Below, piece by piece: positions 41,427 through 52,635 of a stretch of DNA of 64,000 nt; position 1 is the first letter of the stretch; every line of letters starts with the position of its first letter. The notes under the pieces are model-generated. The model saw only the letters and a program-made list of their open reading frames with translations. It was not told where the DNA came from and ran no database searches. Source of the DNA: an uncultured Gaiellaceae bacterium (GTDB lineage Bacteria; Actinomycetota; Thermoleophilia; Gaiellales; Gaiellaceae); the NCBI GenBank assembly GCA_963805135.1, contig CAWDSX010000024.1, forward strand, positions 20,805-84,804, given 5' to 3'. Both the position numbers and the translations under genes were made by a program.

Positions 41427-44400
41427 TCAGCCGTATGCGATGCCCAATCGATCGAGGTGCTCGCGGAAGCGCGCGCCTCCCGTGAGGTCACCCTTCGTGT
41501 CGAGAATCGCCAGGGCCTCGGAGGCGAGAGCGCTCGCCTCGACGGGCCGCTCGCGCCCGCGTGAGCGGTTTCGGCGAGAAGGAGTCGCACCCACGTCCTC
41601 ATGAAGAAGTAGTCCGTCTTCTCGGACATGTCGAGCGCTTGCCGTCCCGCCACCTCGGCCTCGGCCGGCCGGCCCTCGCTCGCGTGCAGCACACCCTCGA
41701 GGGCAGCGACGTAGATGAAGTTGACGACGTCGTCGGGGGTGGTCGTGATCCGCACCGTCTCCAGGAGGTCAGGAATCTCGCCGAACCGTCCCTGCGCGTG
41801 CAGGCATTGCGCCAGTGCCGCGCATACCGTGCCCCGGAACGCTCGCTCACCCATTTCCTCGAGCACGGCCATGCTCTGCCGCAGTGCGGATTCCCACGCA
41901 CCGTAGTCACCGGCCCGTTCCTCGATCCATGCCCTGTGCATCCCGACGCTCGCGGCAGTCACGGTCATTCCCGCATCCAAGTACGTCTCGCGGGACGCCG
42001 CCTGCAGCTCCCGAGCCGAATCGATGTCGCCTTGCATCGACAACAGGCGGGCTCGCATGCGACGTCGCGCCGGCCTGCAGCAGCAGCGAGTCTCCCGCCT
42101 CGTCCTCGCAGCGCAGTCGCGCGCCTCAACCCCTCCTCGACAGGCGTCGGGCCGAACACGTACGCGGACCGAATCCACCAGATGAAGTCGTCGATCCGGC
42201 CCAATCGGCCTGACGCGCGGGCGTGGACGAGTCCGTGCTCGCACGCGGCGGCGGTCTCCTCCGCACGGCAGGTGTTCCACATCTCGCCCGCGTAGCTCCA
42301 CCAGTAGAGGGCAAGCCCTTCGTGGTCCCCGGACGACTCGAGCACGACGTGAGCAGCCTCTCGGCGGGCATGGCGTTCTTCCATTGTGAGAACACCGTCG
42401 GTGAGAGCGTCGGCGACGTTCTCGACGACCGTCGCTTTGGCAGCTACCACCGGATCAGGCGACTGCCGGGCCGCCGCGAGGAGCGGTGCGACCTCGCCGA
42501 GCTCACCGGACTCCCACGACACGAAGAAGAGATCCGGCGCGAGCGTCAGACGGGAAAGGTCGTCCGGAGGAGCGATCTCGACGGCGCGCAGGAGAAGCGA
42601 CCTCGCCGCGTTGAAGTCACCCCGATCGACGGCGCCGCGACCGGCTGTTGCGAGATGGCGCGAGGCTCGCCGCGAGAGTCGTTCGAGCTCCGGGTCGTCC
42701 GCGTCGAGCTCGCGGCGGTAGAGCTGAGCCTGCTCGAGGTGGTACCCGACGACCTCGTCACGCTCCACGAGGTCGTGCGTCGCGAGCCAGTCGGCAAAGT
42801 GCTCGTGCAGCTCCGCCCTGGTCGCCTTCGGGAGAGACTCGTACGCCGCGTCGCGGATGAGGAGGTGTCGGAAGCGGAAGCCCTCGTCGTTCGGGAACGA
42901 CGGCGAGGTGGACCGGATGAGCTCCTTGCGGACGAGGGTCGCGAGGTGCGACTCGACGCCGTTGCGGATGACTTCGGGCGATAGCTCGGCCACCGCCCCG
43001 CGGTGGAAGACCTCGCCCTCGACCGATCCGCGCTCCATCACGACGCGGACGTCGCCGTCGAGCGAGTCGATGCGGGCCTGGAGCAGAGCGTGGATGGTCG
43101 GCGGGACGACGATCTCGCCTTGGCCGCCGTGCTCGCGAACCATGGCGAGCATCTCCTCGACGTACAGCGGGTTGCCGGCCGACGCCGCAGCGATCCGCTC
43201 GCGGAGGCCGTCGTCGAGCGTGGTATCCGACGAAAGGAGCTCCATCAGCTCGGCGCACTGCTCGGCGTCGAGGGGCTCGAGGAGGAGTGACGTCGCGTTG
43301 AGCTTGCCGCCGCCCCACCCGGGTCGCACGTCGAGCAACTCGGTGCGCGCGATGCATAGCAAGAAGATCGGGGCATCCCGCGAGAGGTCGGCGACGTGCT
43401 CCACGAGGTCGACGAAGACGGGCTCCGCCCACTGCAGGTCGTCGATGACGACGACCTGCGGACGCTCGGCGGCGCGCGTCTCGAGGAGCCGACGAAACGC
43501 GAGCTGCGTCTCGGCCGGCGAGGATCCGATCACCGAGTCCGGCTCGACGCCGATTGCGATGAGGATCTCGACGAGCGGCCAGTACGTGATCCCCTCGCCG
43601 TACGAGAGGCAGCGGCCACGAAGAATGTCCGCCGAGTCGCCCACCCGCTCGACGAAGTCGGCGACGAGTCTCGACTTCCCGATCCCGGCCGGGCCGAGCA
43701 GCGTGAAGAGTCGGCACGTCCGGTCTGCGACGGCATCCTCGTAGTCGCGCCAGAGTCGCTGGCGCTCGCGCTCGCGGCCGACGAGCGGGGTGTCGAGATG
43801 GCGCGCCAGCGGCTCCGCATCGCCGATCACGTCGACCAGCAGGAAGGCCTCGACCGGCTCCGACTTGCCCTTGAGCTCGAGCCGCTCAACAGCCTCGACG
43901 TGCACGGCGTCGCGGACGAGGAGCCGCGTCTCCGACCCGATGAGAATCTGTCCTGAGCCGGCCGCCTGCTCGAGCCGCGCGGCGACGTTGACCGCGTCGC
44001 CGGTGACGAGCGTCTCGGACTCCCCGCCGACGACCACCTCACCCGTGTTGACACCGATCCGCGCCTCGAGCCCGTGCTTCGCGATCGCGGCGCGCATCTC
44101 CGCTGCGGCGCGCACGGCCCGTAGCGCGTCGTCCTCGTGGAGACGGGGATGCCGAAGACGGCCATGACGGCATCGCCGACGAACTTCTCGACGGAGCCGC
44201 CGTGGCGCTCGAGGATCACACGGAGGTCATCGAAGTACCGCCGCATCCGGGAGCGCAACGCCTCTGGATCCGTCGACTCGCCGAGCGCGGTCGAGCCGAC
44301 GAGGTCGCAGAAGAGCACGGTGACGACCTTGCGCTGCTCCCGGGCAGGCTCGGCAGCGAGCGGCGCCGCGCACGACATGCAGAAACGCGCCTCGGGAGGG

Positions 44401-44432
44401 TTCTCGACCCCGCAGCTCGGACACGCCGCCAC
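41427..44432 (-). CDS. zinc-ribbon / class III nucleotide cyclase / STAND-type ATPase / TPR protein, with about 4 frame disruptions
   Basis: CPSCG..FCMSC, then the cyclase motifs VTVLFCDLVGST, KFVGDAVMAVFG, IGVNTGEVVVG and GDAVNVAARLE. GPAGIGKS is Walker A and VVVIDDLQWAE is Walker B. A ~400-aa helical/TPR tail ends LDRLGIAYG. Confidence 0.8.
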
Positions 44433-44442
44433 GGCGGTGAGT

Positions 44443-47382
44443 CTACGAGGGCCGCGCGGCGCGAAGCTCGTCGAGGACCGTGCGCGATCGCTCGGCGGAG
44501 ACGACGTTTCCCTTCTGCTCGTGGACGGCGATCGCCTGCTCGACGGCCGCCAGCGCCTCGTCGGTCCGCCCGGCGCCTGCCAGCACCTCGGCGAATGCGT
44601 CGTAGACCGTCCCCTTTACGAGCAGCAGGTCGATCGGATCGACGAGCCCGACGGCCTCGCGCGCGAGCTCCTCCGCCCGGACGTGCTCGCCCCGCCGTGA
44701 GAGAACCCGTGCGAGCGCGGCGCGCCATCGTGGTTGCGCATCGAGGTCGTCCGCCGCAGCGATCGCGCGACTCTCCATGGCGAGCTCGGCCGCTTCGTCG
44801 TACCGACCCGCACGCACGAGCACGTCGGCGAGCATCGCATCGACCGTGCAGCGCGCTCCTGTGTCCCCGATGTCGACGAGGAGATCGTGGCCCTTGCGCA
44901 ACTCGTGCTCGGCCCGGTCGAGGTCGCCGAGGAGGCCTTCAGCGGATCCGACATCCATCGCATACACGGATCGCTGCAAGGTCAGGCCGAACTCCTCGAT
45001 AAGCCCCCATGCGCGCAAGGTCGACGTGCGCGCTCCTTCGACGTCGCCTTGCATCGCCTCACAGAGCCCGCGCACCTGCAGCGCATGCGCCTTCTCGGCG
45101 ACATTCGCGGTCTGGCTGTCGATGACCATGGAGCAGTACTCGGCGCCATCCGCCGCGTGCGTCGGCCCCCACGCGATCGGCCGCAGCCTCGTGGACATCG
45201 CTTCGCGCTCGAGCGCACGGTCGCCCACCTGTCGCGCGAGATCTGCGGCCTTGCCCAGATCCAGCTCGCCCTCGCCGGCACGACCGAGCATGAAGCGGCA
45301 CATCCCGATCTCCGCGTAGGCGCGAGCGAGATTCGCCAGGTCCTCCGCCTGCTCCAGGGACGCAGCGATCTCGATGGCCTGGGCGAGCTCATCCTCGACG
45401 TTGCCTCGGGATCGACTCTCGTCTGGAGGGAGTTGTGCGCGAGGCGGGCGCGCGCCTCGGCCCCCGCGTTGCCGGCACGACGGGCCTCTTCGATCGCGGC
45501 GCGCAAGACACCGTCGATGGGCTCGAGCTCACCGCGGCGCTGGAGCGACTGGGCGAGATCCGGAAGCGCAGCGAGGCGGTTCGGGTCCCCAGGGGGCAGG
45601 AGGTCGACGCCGCGCTGGAGCAGCCCGACAGCGGCGGAGAAATCGGCGCGGCCGAGCGCACCCTGCCCGGCGGTCACGAGCCGCTCGCCGGCGCGCACCG
45701 CGAGGTCGCGCTCGGCCTCGCCTTCTTGCCCGAGCTCGGCCCGTAAGAGAACGGCCTGTTCGAGGTGGTAGCCCAGAATCTCGTCGAGCTCGAAGGTCAG
45801 CCCCCGATCGGAGCCTCCGAGCCAGTCCGCCAGTCGCTCGTGGAGCTGCGCCCGGAGCTCTTTCGGCATCGCCCCGTACGCCGCATCGCGGATCAGGAGG
45901 TGGCGGAAGCGAAACGCCTGCTCGTCCGCCACGAGCGCGGGCTCGGGGCGAATGAGCTCCTTACGCACGAGGCGCGACAGCTGTTCGTCGAGCTCGGGCC
46001 GGAGCTCCGTCGGGACAAGCTCGATCACGGACCCTCGATGGAAGACCTCGCCCTCGACGGCAGCGTGGCCGATGACCAGCCGTTCCTCGTCGGCGAGCAG
46101 ATCGAGGCGGGCTTGCAGCAACGCATGAATGGTCGGCGGCACGACGATGTCGCCGTTGCCGTCGCGCTCTCGCACCATCGCAACCATCTCCTCGACGTAG
46201 AGCGCGTTCCCTTCGGACGCAGCTGCGATGCGCTCTCGCGTGCTCTCGCTCAACGTCGACTCGCCGAGCAGGTTCTCGATCAGGTCCTCGCACTCGTCTG
46301 CGCTCAGCGGCTCGAGCAAGAGCGAGGCCGCGTTCAGCTTGCCGCCGCCCCAGTCGGGTCTCGCGTCGAGAAGCTCGGTGCGCGCGACGCAGAGGAGAAA
46401 GATCGGGGCGTTTCGCGAGAGGTCGGCGACGTGCTCGACAAGGTCGATGAACACCGGCTCGGCCCACTGCAGGTCGTCGACGACCACGACCTGCGACCGA
46501 TTCGCAGCCCTCGCCTCGAGCAGCCTGCGAAAGGTGACGCGCGTCTCTTCCGGAGTCGACGAGACGACGCTCTCGGTCTCGACGCCGATCGCTGCCAGCA
46601 TCTCGACGAGCGGCCAGTAGGTGATGCCTTCGCCGTACGGGAGGCAGCGGCCGCGGAGGACGTCAGCCGAGTCGCCGATCCGTTCGAGGAAGTCTGCGAC
46701 GAGTCGTGACTTGCCGATGCCGGCCGGCCCGAGGAGCGTGAGGAGCCGGCACGTACGGTCGGCGACGGCGTCCTCGTAGTCGCGCCAGATCCGGCGGCGC
46801 TCCCGCTCGCGTCCGATCAACGGTGTCTCGAGTCGGCGCGCGAGCGGTGCGGCGTCGGCAAGGACCTCCAGCAGCCGATATGCCTGGACGGGCCTCGCCT
46901 TGCCTTTGAGAACGAGGGGGTCGACGGCCTCGACGCGCACGGCGTCGCGAGCGAGGAGGAGCGTCTCGGCTCCGATGGAGCGCGTGACCGGGCGGGGCAG
47001 CCTGCTCCAGGCGAGCGGCGACGTTCACCGCATCCCCTGTCACCAGCGTCTCACCCTCTCCGCCGACGACGACCTCGCCCGTGTTGACGCCGATGCGTGC
47101 CTCGAGACCGTGTTCGGCGATCGTGGCGCGCATCTCGGCAGCCGCGCGAAGTGCTCGAAGCGCGTCGTCCTCGTGCGCCGTGGGGATCCCGAACACCGCC
47201 ATGACCGCGTCGCCGACGAACTTCTCCACCACCCCGCCGTGTCGCTCGATGACCACCCGGAGGTCCTCGAAGTAGCGCCGCATGCGCGCGCGCAGCGCCT
47301 CGGGATCCGTGGACTCGCCGAGCGCGGTCGAGCCCACGAGGTCGCAGAAGAGGATCGTGACGACCTTGCGCTGCTCGCGCAT
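44443..47382 (-). CDS. class III nucleotide cyclase / STAND-type ATPase / TPR protein (paralog), with at least 3 frame disruptions
   Basis: It has the same motifs as the downstream paralog but no zinc ribbon. It is split over ORFs 46663..47622, 44982..46940 and 44443..45303. Confidence 0.8.
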
Positions 47383-47392
47383 GCAGCGGAGT

Positions 47393-48346
47393 CTAGGAGC
47401 GAACCGGATGCAGCTCTGCGAGCTCGATGTCACCGGCGAGCGTCGCCGCCAACGTCGGATCGAAGCGGCCCGCACCGACCTCGCGTACCGACGCCGCTCC
47501 TGCCGCGACGGCCGCCCGGATCGAGTCGTCCGGCGAGCGCTCGTCCGAGATCGCGGCCAGGAACTGACCGAGGAGCACGTCGCCCGAGCCGACGCCGGAC
47601 ACCGGCTCGACGTGTGGCGCAAACGCCCGGATCCGTCGGGTCTTGCGACCGAAGCGCATGAGCGCGAAACAGCCGTTCTCGAGGGTGATGAGGACGTTTC
47701 GGGCGCCCATCTCGGCGATCGCGTCGAGTGCCATCAGGAAGTCGTCGTCGTCCTCGAGCTCCTGACCGACGAGCTGCTCGGCCTCACGCTGGTTCGGCGA
47801 GACGAGGAAAGGCCCGGCCTCGACCGCGAGCTGCAGCGGCTCGCCCTCGCTGTCGAGGACGACACGGACGTCGCGCCGCGCGAGGTCGCGGACGGCGTCC
47901 GCGTAGAAGGTCGTCTGGACCTTGCGTGGCAACGAGCCCGAGAGCACGACGAAGTCGGCGCCGCGCGAGAGGTAGTGAAGCTTCTCCGTCAGCATCTCGA
48001 GCTCGATCGGCGTGACCTCCGGGCCCCATTCGTTGATCTCGGTGTGCGTACCTGCGGTCGGATCGACGACCGCCGTGGACGTCCGCGACTCGGCAGCGAT
48101 CCGCACGAAGTCATTGAGGATCGCCTCGGACGTGAGCTCCTCGATGATGCGCGTGCCCGTCCGCCCTCCGGCGAGCCCGGTCGCAACGACGGGCACATCG
48201 AGCATCTTCAGCGTCCGCGCGACGTTGATTCCCTTCCCGCCGGCGAGCACGAGCACCTCGCTCGAGCGGTGCCGGAAGCCGATCTGGAAGACGGGGACGG
48301 TCAGCGTGCGGTCGAGCGCCGCGTTCGTGGTCACGGTGACGATCAC
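47393..48346 (-). CDS. PfkB-family sugar/1-phosphofructokinase
   Basis: VIVTVTTNAALDRT, GGKGINVAR and a C-terminal GSGD. The GTG start overlaps the upstream TGA (GTGA). Confidence 0.85.
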   Translation of the reverse strand: MIVTVTTNAALDRTLTVPVFQIGFRHRSSEVLVLAGGKGINVARTLKMLDVPVVATGLAGGRTGTRIIEELTSEAILNDFVRIAAESRTSTAVVDPTAGTHTEINEWGPEVTPIELEMLTEKLHYLSRGADFVVLSGSLPRKVQTTFYADAVRDLARRDVRVVLDSEGEPLQLAVEAGPFLVSPNQREAEQLVGQELEDDDDFLMALDAIAEMGARNVLITLENGCFALMRFGRKTRRIRAFAPHVEPVSGVGSGDVLLGQFLAAISDERSPDDSIRAAVAAGAASVREVGAGRFDPTLAATLAGDIELAELHPVRS

Positions 48347-49483
48347 GTGACGATCTCCCATGCGTTCCGCAGCGTCTGCGTCGTATACCACTTCGTCTTC
48401 GCCCACAGCCCCGCGTCGGCGACGCCCTCGGCCGCGACGAGCGTCGAGGCGGCGACGAGCCGGTTGCCGTCGTACACCTCGACCCGCCCGAGGCGTTCGC
48501 CCTTCGCCACCGGCAGCGCGAGTGCCGTCGGCGCGACGACGCGCTCGACGAGCGGGCGCCCGACGTGGATCGACCGTGTGATAGCCACGGGGTGCGACGA
48601 GCTCGACGTCCGCCTGGCCGTAGCCGGTGGTCGCCGTCGTGTAGATGCGTGCGCGATCGATCACCTGCACCGTGCGGTACTGGTCGAGCCCGTACGTGAG
48701 CAGCTGCTGCAGCGCGTCGTTCCTCGCGGCGCGAGAACCGCTACCGAGCACCGACCCGTATACGGTCGTGTCGCCGCGCTCGGCCGCCCCGGCCTGCGAC
48801 CATCCCGCCGCGCGCGTGTGGCCGGTCTTGCCGGCGACGAGCGGTGCCCAGCTCGCAAGGAGATCGTCGGTCGACTCGAATGCCCGCCCGCCCGGGAGCG
48901 ACACGCTCTCGCGCGACAGCGCATCGCGGATGAACGGGATGCCGAGAGCGAACCGTACGAGCGTCGTCGTGTCGCGCGCGCTCGAGACGTGCCCGGCCTC
49001 GTCGAGGCCGTGCGGGTTCTCGAAGTGCGTGTCGGACAGTCCCAGCTCCTCGGCCTTCTCGTTCATGAGCTCGACGAAGCGATCGACCGACCCGTCCCCG
49101 ACGTGGAGTGCGAGCGCCTCGGCGGCGTCGTTCGCACTCGGGATCAGCGTCGCACGGAGGAGGTCCGCGACCGTTAGCTCCTCGCCCGCGCGAAGGTAGA
49201 CCGTGGACTCGCCGATGCCGGCCGCCTGCGGGCTCACGCGCACGACGTCGCTCAGCTTCGCGTGCTCGAGCACGACGACGGCGGTCATCAGCTTCGTGAT
49301 GCTCGCGATCGCCCGCTCCCGGCTGGCGTCTTGTCGGGCGAGGACGGCGCCGTCGTCGCCGACGAGGTACCACGATGCGGCCGCGACCCGCGGCTGAGAG
49401 GTCTGGGCGCCCACGCCCGAAGCGAGGGCGAGTGTCGCGAGCGCGGCGACGAGAGCGACGACGGCGAGCAGTGCTCTGCGCAT
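48343..49483 (-). CDS. D-alanyl-D-alanine carboxypeptidase (S11 penicillin-binding protein), with one frame disruption near 48585
   Basis: It has a signal peptide, SITK (SxxK), SAND (SxN) and KTGHT (KTG). The C-terminal beta domain is in ORF 48343..48588. Confidence 0.85.
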
Positions 49484-49549
49484 CAGCGCGCGACAATGTA
49501 CTGCAGGCGCGCTACCAACCTGCGGCGGCGCGGGACTTGTCTAGCAGGA

Positions 49550-49605
49550 GCGGGATCTGCGAACGCAGATCCCGCTCGCGAAAATCCCTGAAGCGTGCTC
49601 GCTTC
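49550..49605 (-). repeat. composite intergenic element, copy 1 (hairpin, 17-nt motif, hairpin)
   Basis: A 12-bp palindrome GCGGGATCTGCG/CGCAGATCCCGC, then CGCGAAAATCCCTGAAG, then the hairpin GAAGCG-tgct-CGCTTC. Confidence 0.5.
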
Positions 49606-49639
49606 GCGACCACGATCGCCGCGACTCGCAGCGCGCCGC

Positions 49640-50542
49640 TCACCATCCTGCAGCCGCCCACACCTGAGACGCCAGCTGCTGCGCCTCCGCACCGGCTGCC
49701 GTGCGCCAGTCCGCCTCGCTCTCGCGGTACGCGAAGATCACCGACCGCGACGCCGTCACGAGTGCGCTCGCAGGCCCTGCGGTGAACGCTCGGGCGACGT
49801 CCGCAGGGGTCGCGCCCTGGGCGCCGACGCCCGGGAGCAGCATCGGCGAGTGCGGGAGGAGTCGCCGGGCCTCCGAGACCGCCCGCGGCAGCGTCGCCCC
49901 GACCACGGCGCCGACGCTCGACATCCCCGACTTGCCGACGAGCGGCGCTCCCCACTCGTGGACGAGCTGCGCGACGTGGTACCAGAGCGGATGGCCGTCC
50001 GACATCGCGAGGTCCTGCACGTCGGCGGCGCCGGCGTTGGAAGTACGAACGAGGAAGAACACGCCCGCGCCGTGCCGGCGACATGCCGCGAGGAACGGCT
50101 CCACCGAGTCCTGCCCGAGGTACGGGCTCGCGGTCATCGCATCCGCGAGCGGTGCGCCGGCGTCGCGGGGCTCGAGGAACGCCTGCGCGTATGCACGGGA
50201 CGTCGAGCCGATGTCTCCGCGCTTCGCGTCCACGAGGACGAGCAGGCCGGCCCCACGCGCGTAGTCGCACACCTCCTCGAGCGCCCGAAAGCCGTCGGCG
50301 CCGAGAGCCTCGAAGAAGGCCGACTGCGGCTTGACCGCAACGACGTAGGGACCGACCGCGTCGACGATCCCCTTGCAGAAGCGCGCGACCGACGACGCCG
50401 CGGCGGCACGGCCGAGCACAGCCTCGCCACGAAGCTCCATCGGCAGGAGGTCGAGCCGAGGGTCGAGCCCGACGACGAGCTGGCTGCGCTTGCGCGTCAC
50501 CGCCTCCGCGAGCCGGTCGGCGAAGTTCGCCGCTTCCTGCAC
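49640..50542 (-). CDS. pyrF: orotidine 5'-phosphate decarboxylase (type 2)
   Basis: Intact 300-aa ORF with VVGLDP, KPQSAFFE and VDAKRGDIGST. Confidence 0.9.
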   Translation of the reverse strand: MQEAANFADRLAEAVTRKRSQLVVGLDPRLDLLPMELRGEAVLGRAAAASSVARFCKGIVDAVGPYVVAVKPQSAFFEALGADGFRALEEVCDYARGAGLLVLVDAKRGDIGSTSRAYAQAFLEPRDAGAPLADAMTASPYLGQDSVEPFLAACRRHGAGVFFLVRTSNAGAADVQDLAMSDGHPLWYHVAQLVHEWGAPLVGKSGMSSVGAVVGATLPRAVSEARRLLPHSPMLLPGVGAQGATPADVARAFTAGPASALVTASRSVIFAYRESEADWRTAAGAEAQQLASQVWAAAGW

Positions 50543-50551
50543 GCTCCAAGG

Positions 50552-52191
50552 CTACGCGGCGGCGATCTCCGCGGCGCGCAGTCCCACGATGCGAAGCTCC
50601 GGCGGCGGCTTGCGCAGATAGCCCGCGACGACGAGGAGATCTGCGGCGTCCTCGGGCGCAAGCGAAAGCTCCGCGCCGCCCGACGCTGCAAGCCCGGCGT
50701 CGATCTCGAGCCGCCCTGCCGCGCCCCGAGGAATCGTCCGTGCGGTCACGCGACCGCCGAGGACGAAGAACGCCCGCCAGAACGCCGGCTCGCGCGCGGG
50801 TGCAAGGAGGCACACCTCCTCCGAGCGCAGCCGCTCGAGCTCCGCGACGCGCGCGGCGGCCTCCTCGAGCGCAGCGATGCCGTCGCGAAGCCGTGCGGCG
50901 TCCTCGAAGCGCAGAGCGCGGGCGAGGCGCGGCAGCCTGGCGCGGAGCGCAGGCAGCGCGGACGCGAGATCGTCGCCGTCGAAGTCCCCGAGGGCCCGCG
51001 CCGAGAGCTGAGCTCTGCGCTTGCTCGCGATCGGGCCGAAGCGGGTCGGCTCCGACACGACGACCCAGCGGTCGCCGCGCCGGCGGAGGTAGGACTGCGG
51101 CCGCGCGCCGCGCGCGTTCGCAGGCGGGCGAAGATCGCGGATGAGCCGGAGCTCCTCGAGCGACGCCTCGAGCTCCGACCCGAGCTCGCGCCACTCGACC
51201 CGGGCGAGTGCGCCGAGCGCGGCCTCGACGGCGGGTCGCTGGCGATCGCCTGCGAAGTACGAGCGGAGGCGTGCCCGCAGGTCGCGGGCCTTCCCGACGT
51301 ACAGGACCGCCTCGTTGCGGTCGCGAAACAGGTAGACGCCAGGCGTCGTGGGCGCGCCCGGCGATCAGCGAGCGACGTGCGTGGAGCCGGCGCGCACGCG
51401 GCGCGGCGAGCTCGATCACCTCGGCGAGCGTCCGCGCGCCGCGCTCCTGCGCGAGACCGAGGAGCGAGACGAGGATCTCGGCGGTTGCGACTGCGTCCGG
51501 GAGGGCGCGGTGACACGGGCTCGCACGACGTCCCGAAGAAGTGCGCGAGCTGACTCAGCGAGAAGCGCTCGCTGCGGCGGTGCAGCAGGCGGCGAGCGAG
51601 CCAGACCGTGTCGATGACCGGCGCCGCGACCCGACGGCCCGTCAAGCGCTCGACCGCACAGTCGACGAACCCGACGTCGAAGCGGGCGTTGTGCGCTCCG
51701 AGCGCGGCGTCGCCCGCGAACGCGAGGAACCGTCGGATCGCGAGCTCCGGCCGGGGAGCGCCTCGCAGCTCGGCGTCGCGGAGGCCCGTGAGGCGCGCGA
51801 TCGTGGGCGGAAGCGCGACGCCCGGCTTGACGAGCGTCTCGAACGTGTCGGCGACCTCGAGCGCCTTCACCCGAACCGCGCCGATCTCGCAGATCCGGTC
51901 GCGACGCGCGGAGAGCCCGGTGGTCTCGAGGTCGAACACGACGATCTCGGCGTCCTCGATCAGCGTGTCGACGCTGCCCTCGTCCGCCAGTCCAACCCGC
52001 GTGCCGCGCCACGCGAGGCGCGCGTCGCCGTCGACGACGTCCGAGAGGAGGGAATGGGCGAGCGTGACGGGCGCGCGCTCGAGCGCGAAGAGAGCGCGCG
52101 CGGCGTCCTCGGCCGAGACGGCGCCGCGGCGCGCGTGGACGAGCTCAACGAGACGGTCGGCCGCGTCGAAGGCGAGCTGCACGCGATCCAC
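50552..52191 (-). CDS. DEDDh 3'-5' exonuclease / GIY-YIG (Cho-like) nuclease domain protein, with at least 3 frame disruptions
   Basis: VVFDLETTGL and HNARFD are exonuclease motifs. PGVYLFRDRNEAVLYVGKARDLRARL (GIY-YIG) is in a second frame. The C-terminal region is ORF 50552..51058. Confidence 0.75.
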
Positions 52192-52197
52192 CGTATA

Positions 52198-52211
52198 CGA
52201 ACATATGTTCG
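52198..52211. promoter_or_regulatory. LexA (SOS) box, Gram-positive/actinobacterial type
   Basis: The perfect palindrome CGAACATATGTTCG lies 6 nt upstream of the GTG start at 52191. Confidence 0.6.
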
Positions 52212-52220
52212 CCTACAAGG

Positions 52221-52262
52221 CCAAAAGAAGGGCCGCACCACGCTCTGTGCGCAGTGCGGCCC
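52221..52262 (-). terminator. rho-independent terminator of hup
   Basis: On the minus strand a GGGCCGCAC ... GTGCGGCCC 9-bp stem is followed by TTCTTTTGG. Confidence 0.7.
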
Positions 52263-52288
52263 TCCGCAATCCTCCGTGTTGGAGTCGG

Positions 52289-52567
52289 CTATCCGCCCTT
52301 GACCGCAGACTTGAGCGCGCTCCCCGCCGTGAACTTCGGGACGGTCGTCGCGGCGATGTGGACCTTCTCGCCCGTGCGCGGGTTCACGCCCATGCGCGCG
52401 GCGCGCGCCGAGGTCGAAAACTTGCCGAAGCCGGTGAACGTGATGGTGTCACGGCTCTTCAGCGCGTCCGTGATCGTGTCCAGGACGGCGTCTACCGCAG
52501 CGCCGGCCTCACGCTTGGACATGCCGGCTGCGTCGGCTACGGCATCCACAAACTCCTGCTTGGTCAC
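52289..52567 (-). CDS. hup: HU family DNA-binding protein
   Basis: 92 aa with a GTG start after AGGAGGAGA. It has FTGFGKFSTSARAARMGVNPRTGEKVHI. Confidence 0.9.
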   Translation of the reverse strand: MTKQEFVDAVADAAGMSKREAGAAVDAVLDTITDALKSRDTITFTGFGKFSTSARAARMGVNPRTGEKVHIAATTVPKFTAGSALKSAVKGG

Positions 52568-52635
52568 TGTTCTCCTCCTGACGTCGGATTCGGATCCACG
52601 GAACCGAGGGAGCCTAACACCCCTTCGGATTTGGC

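Noticed and set aside
47393-49483. 696-aa carboxypeptidase / PfkB kinase fusion
   Set aside because: The carboxypeptidase C-terminal domain is in ORF 48343..48588, and its TGA overlaps the kinase GTG (GTGA).
49512-51553. 635-aa and 652-aa ORFs overlapping pyrF and the exonuclease gene
   Set aside because: They are GC-driven shadow ORFs with extreme Arg/Gly/Ala content. The real genes occupy other frames.
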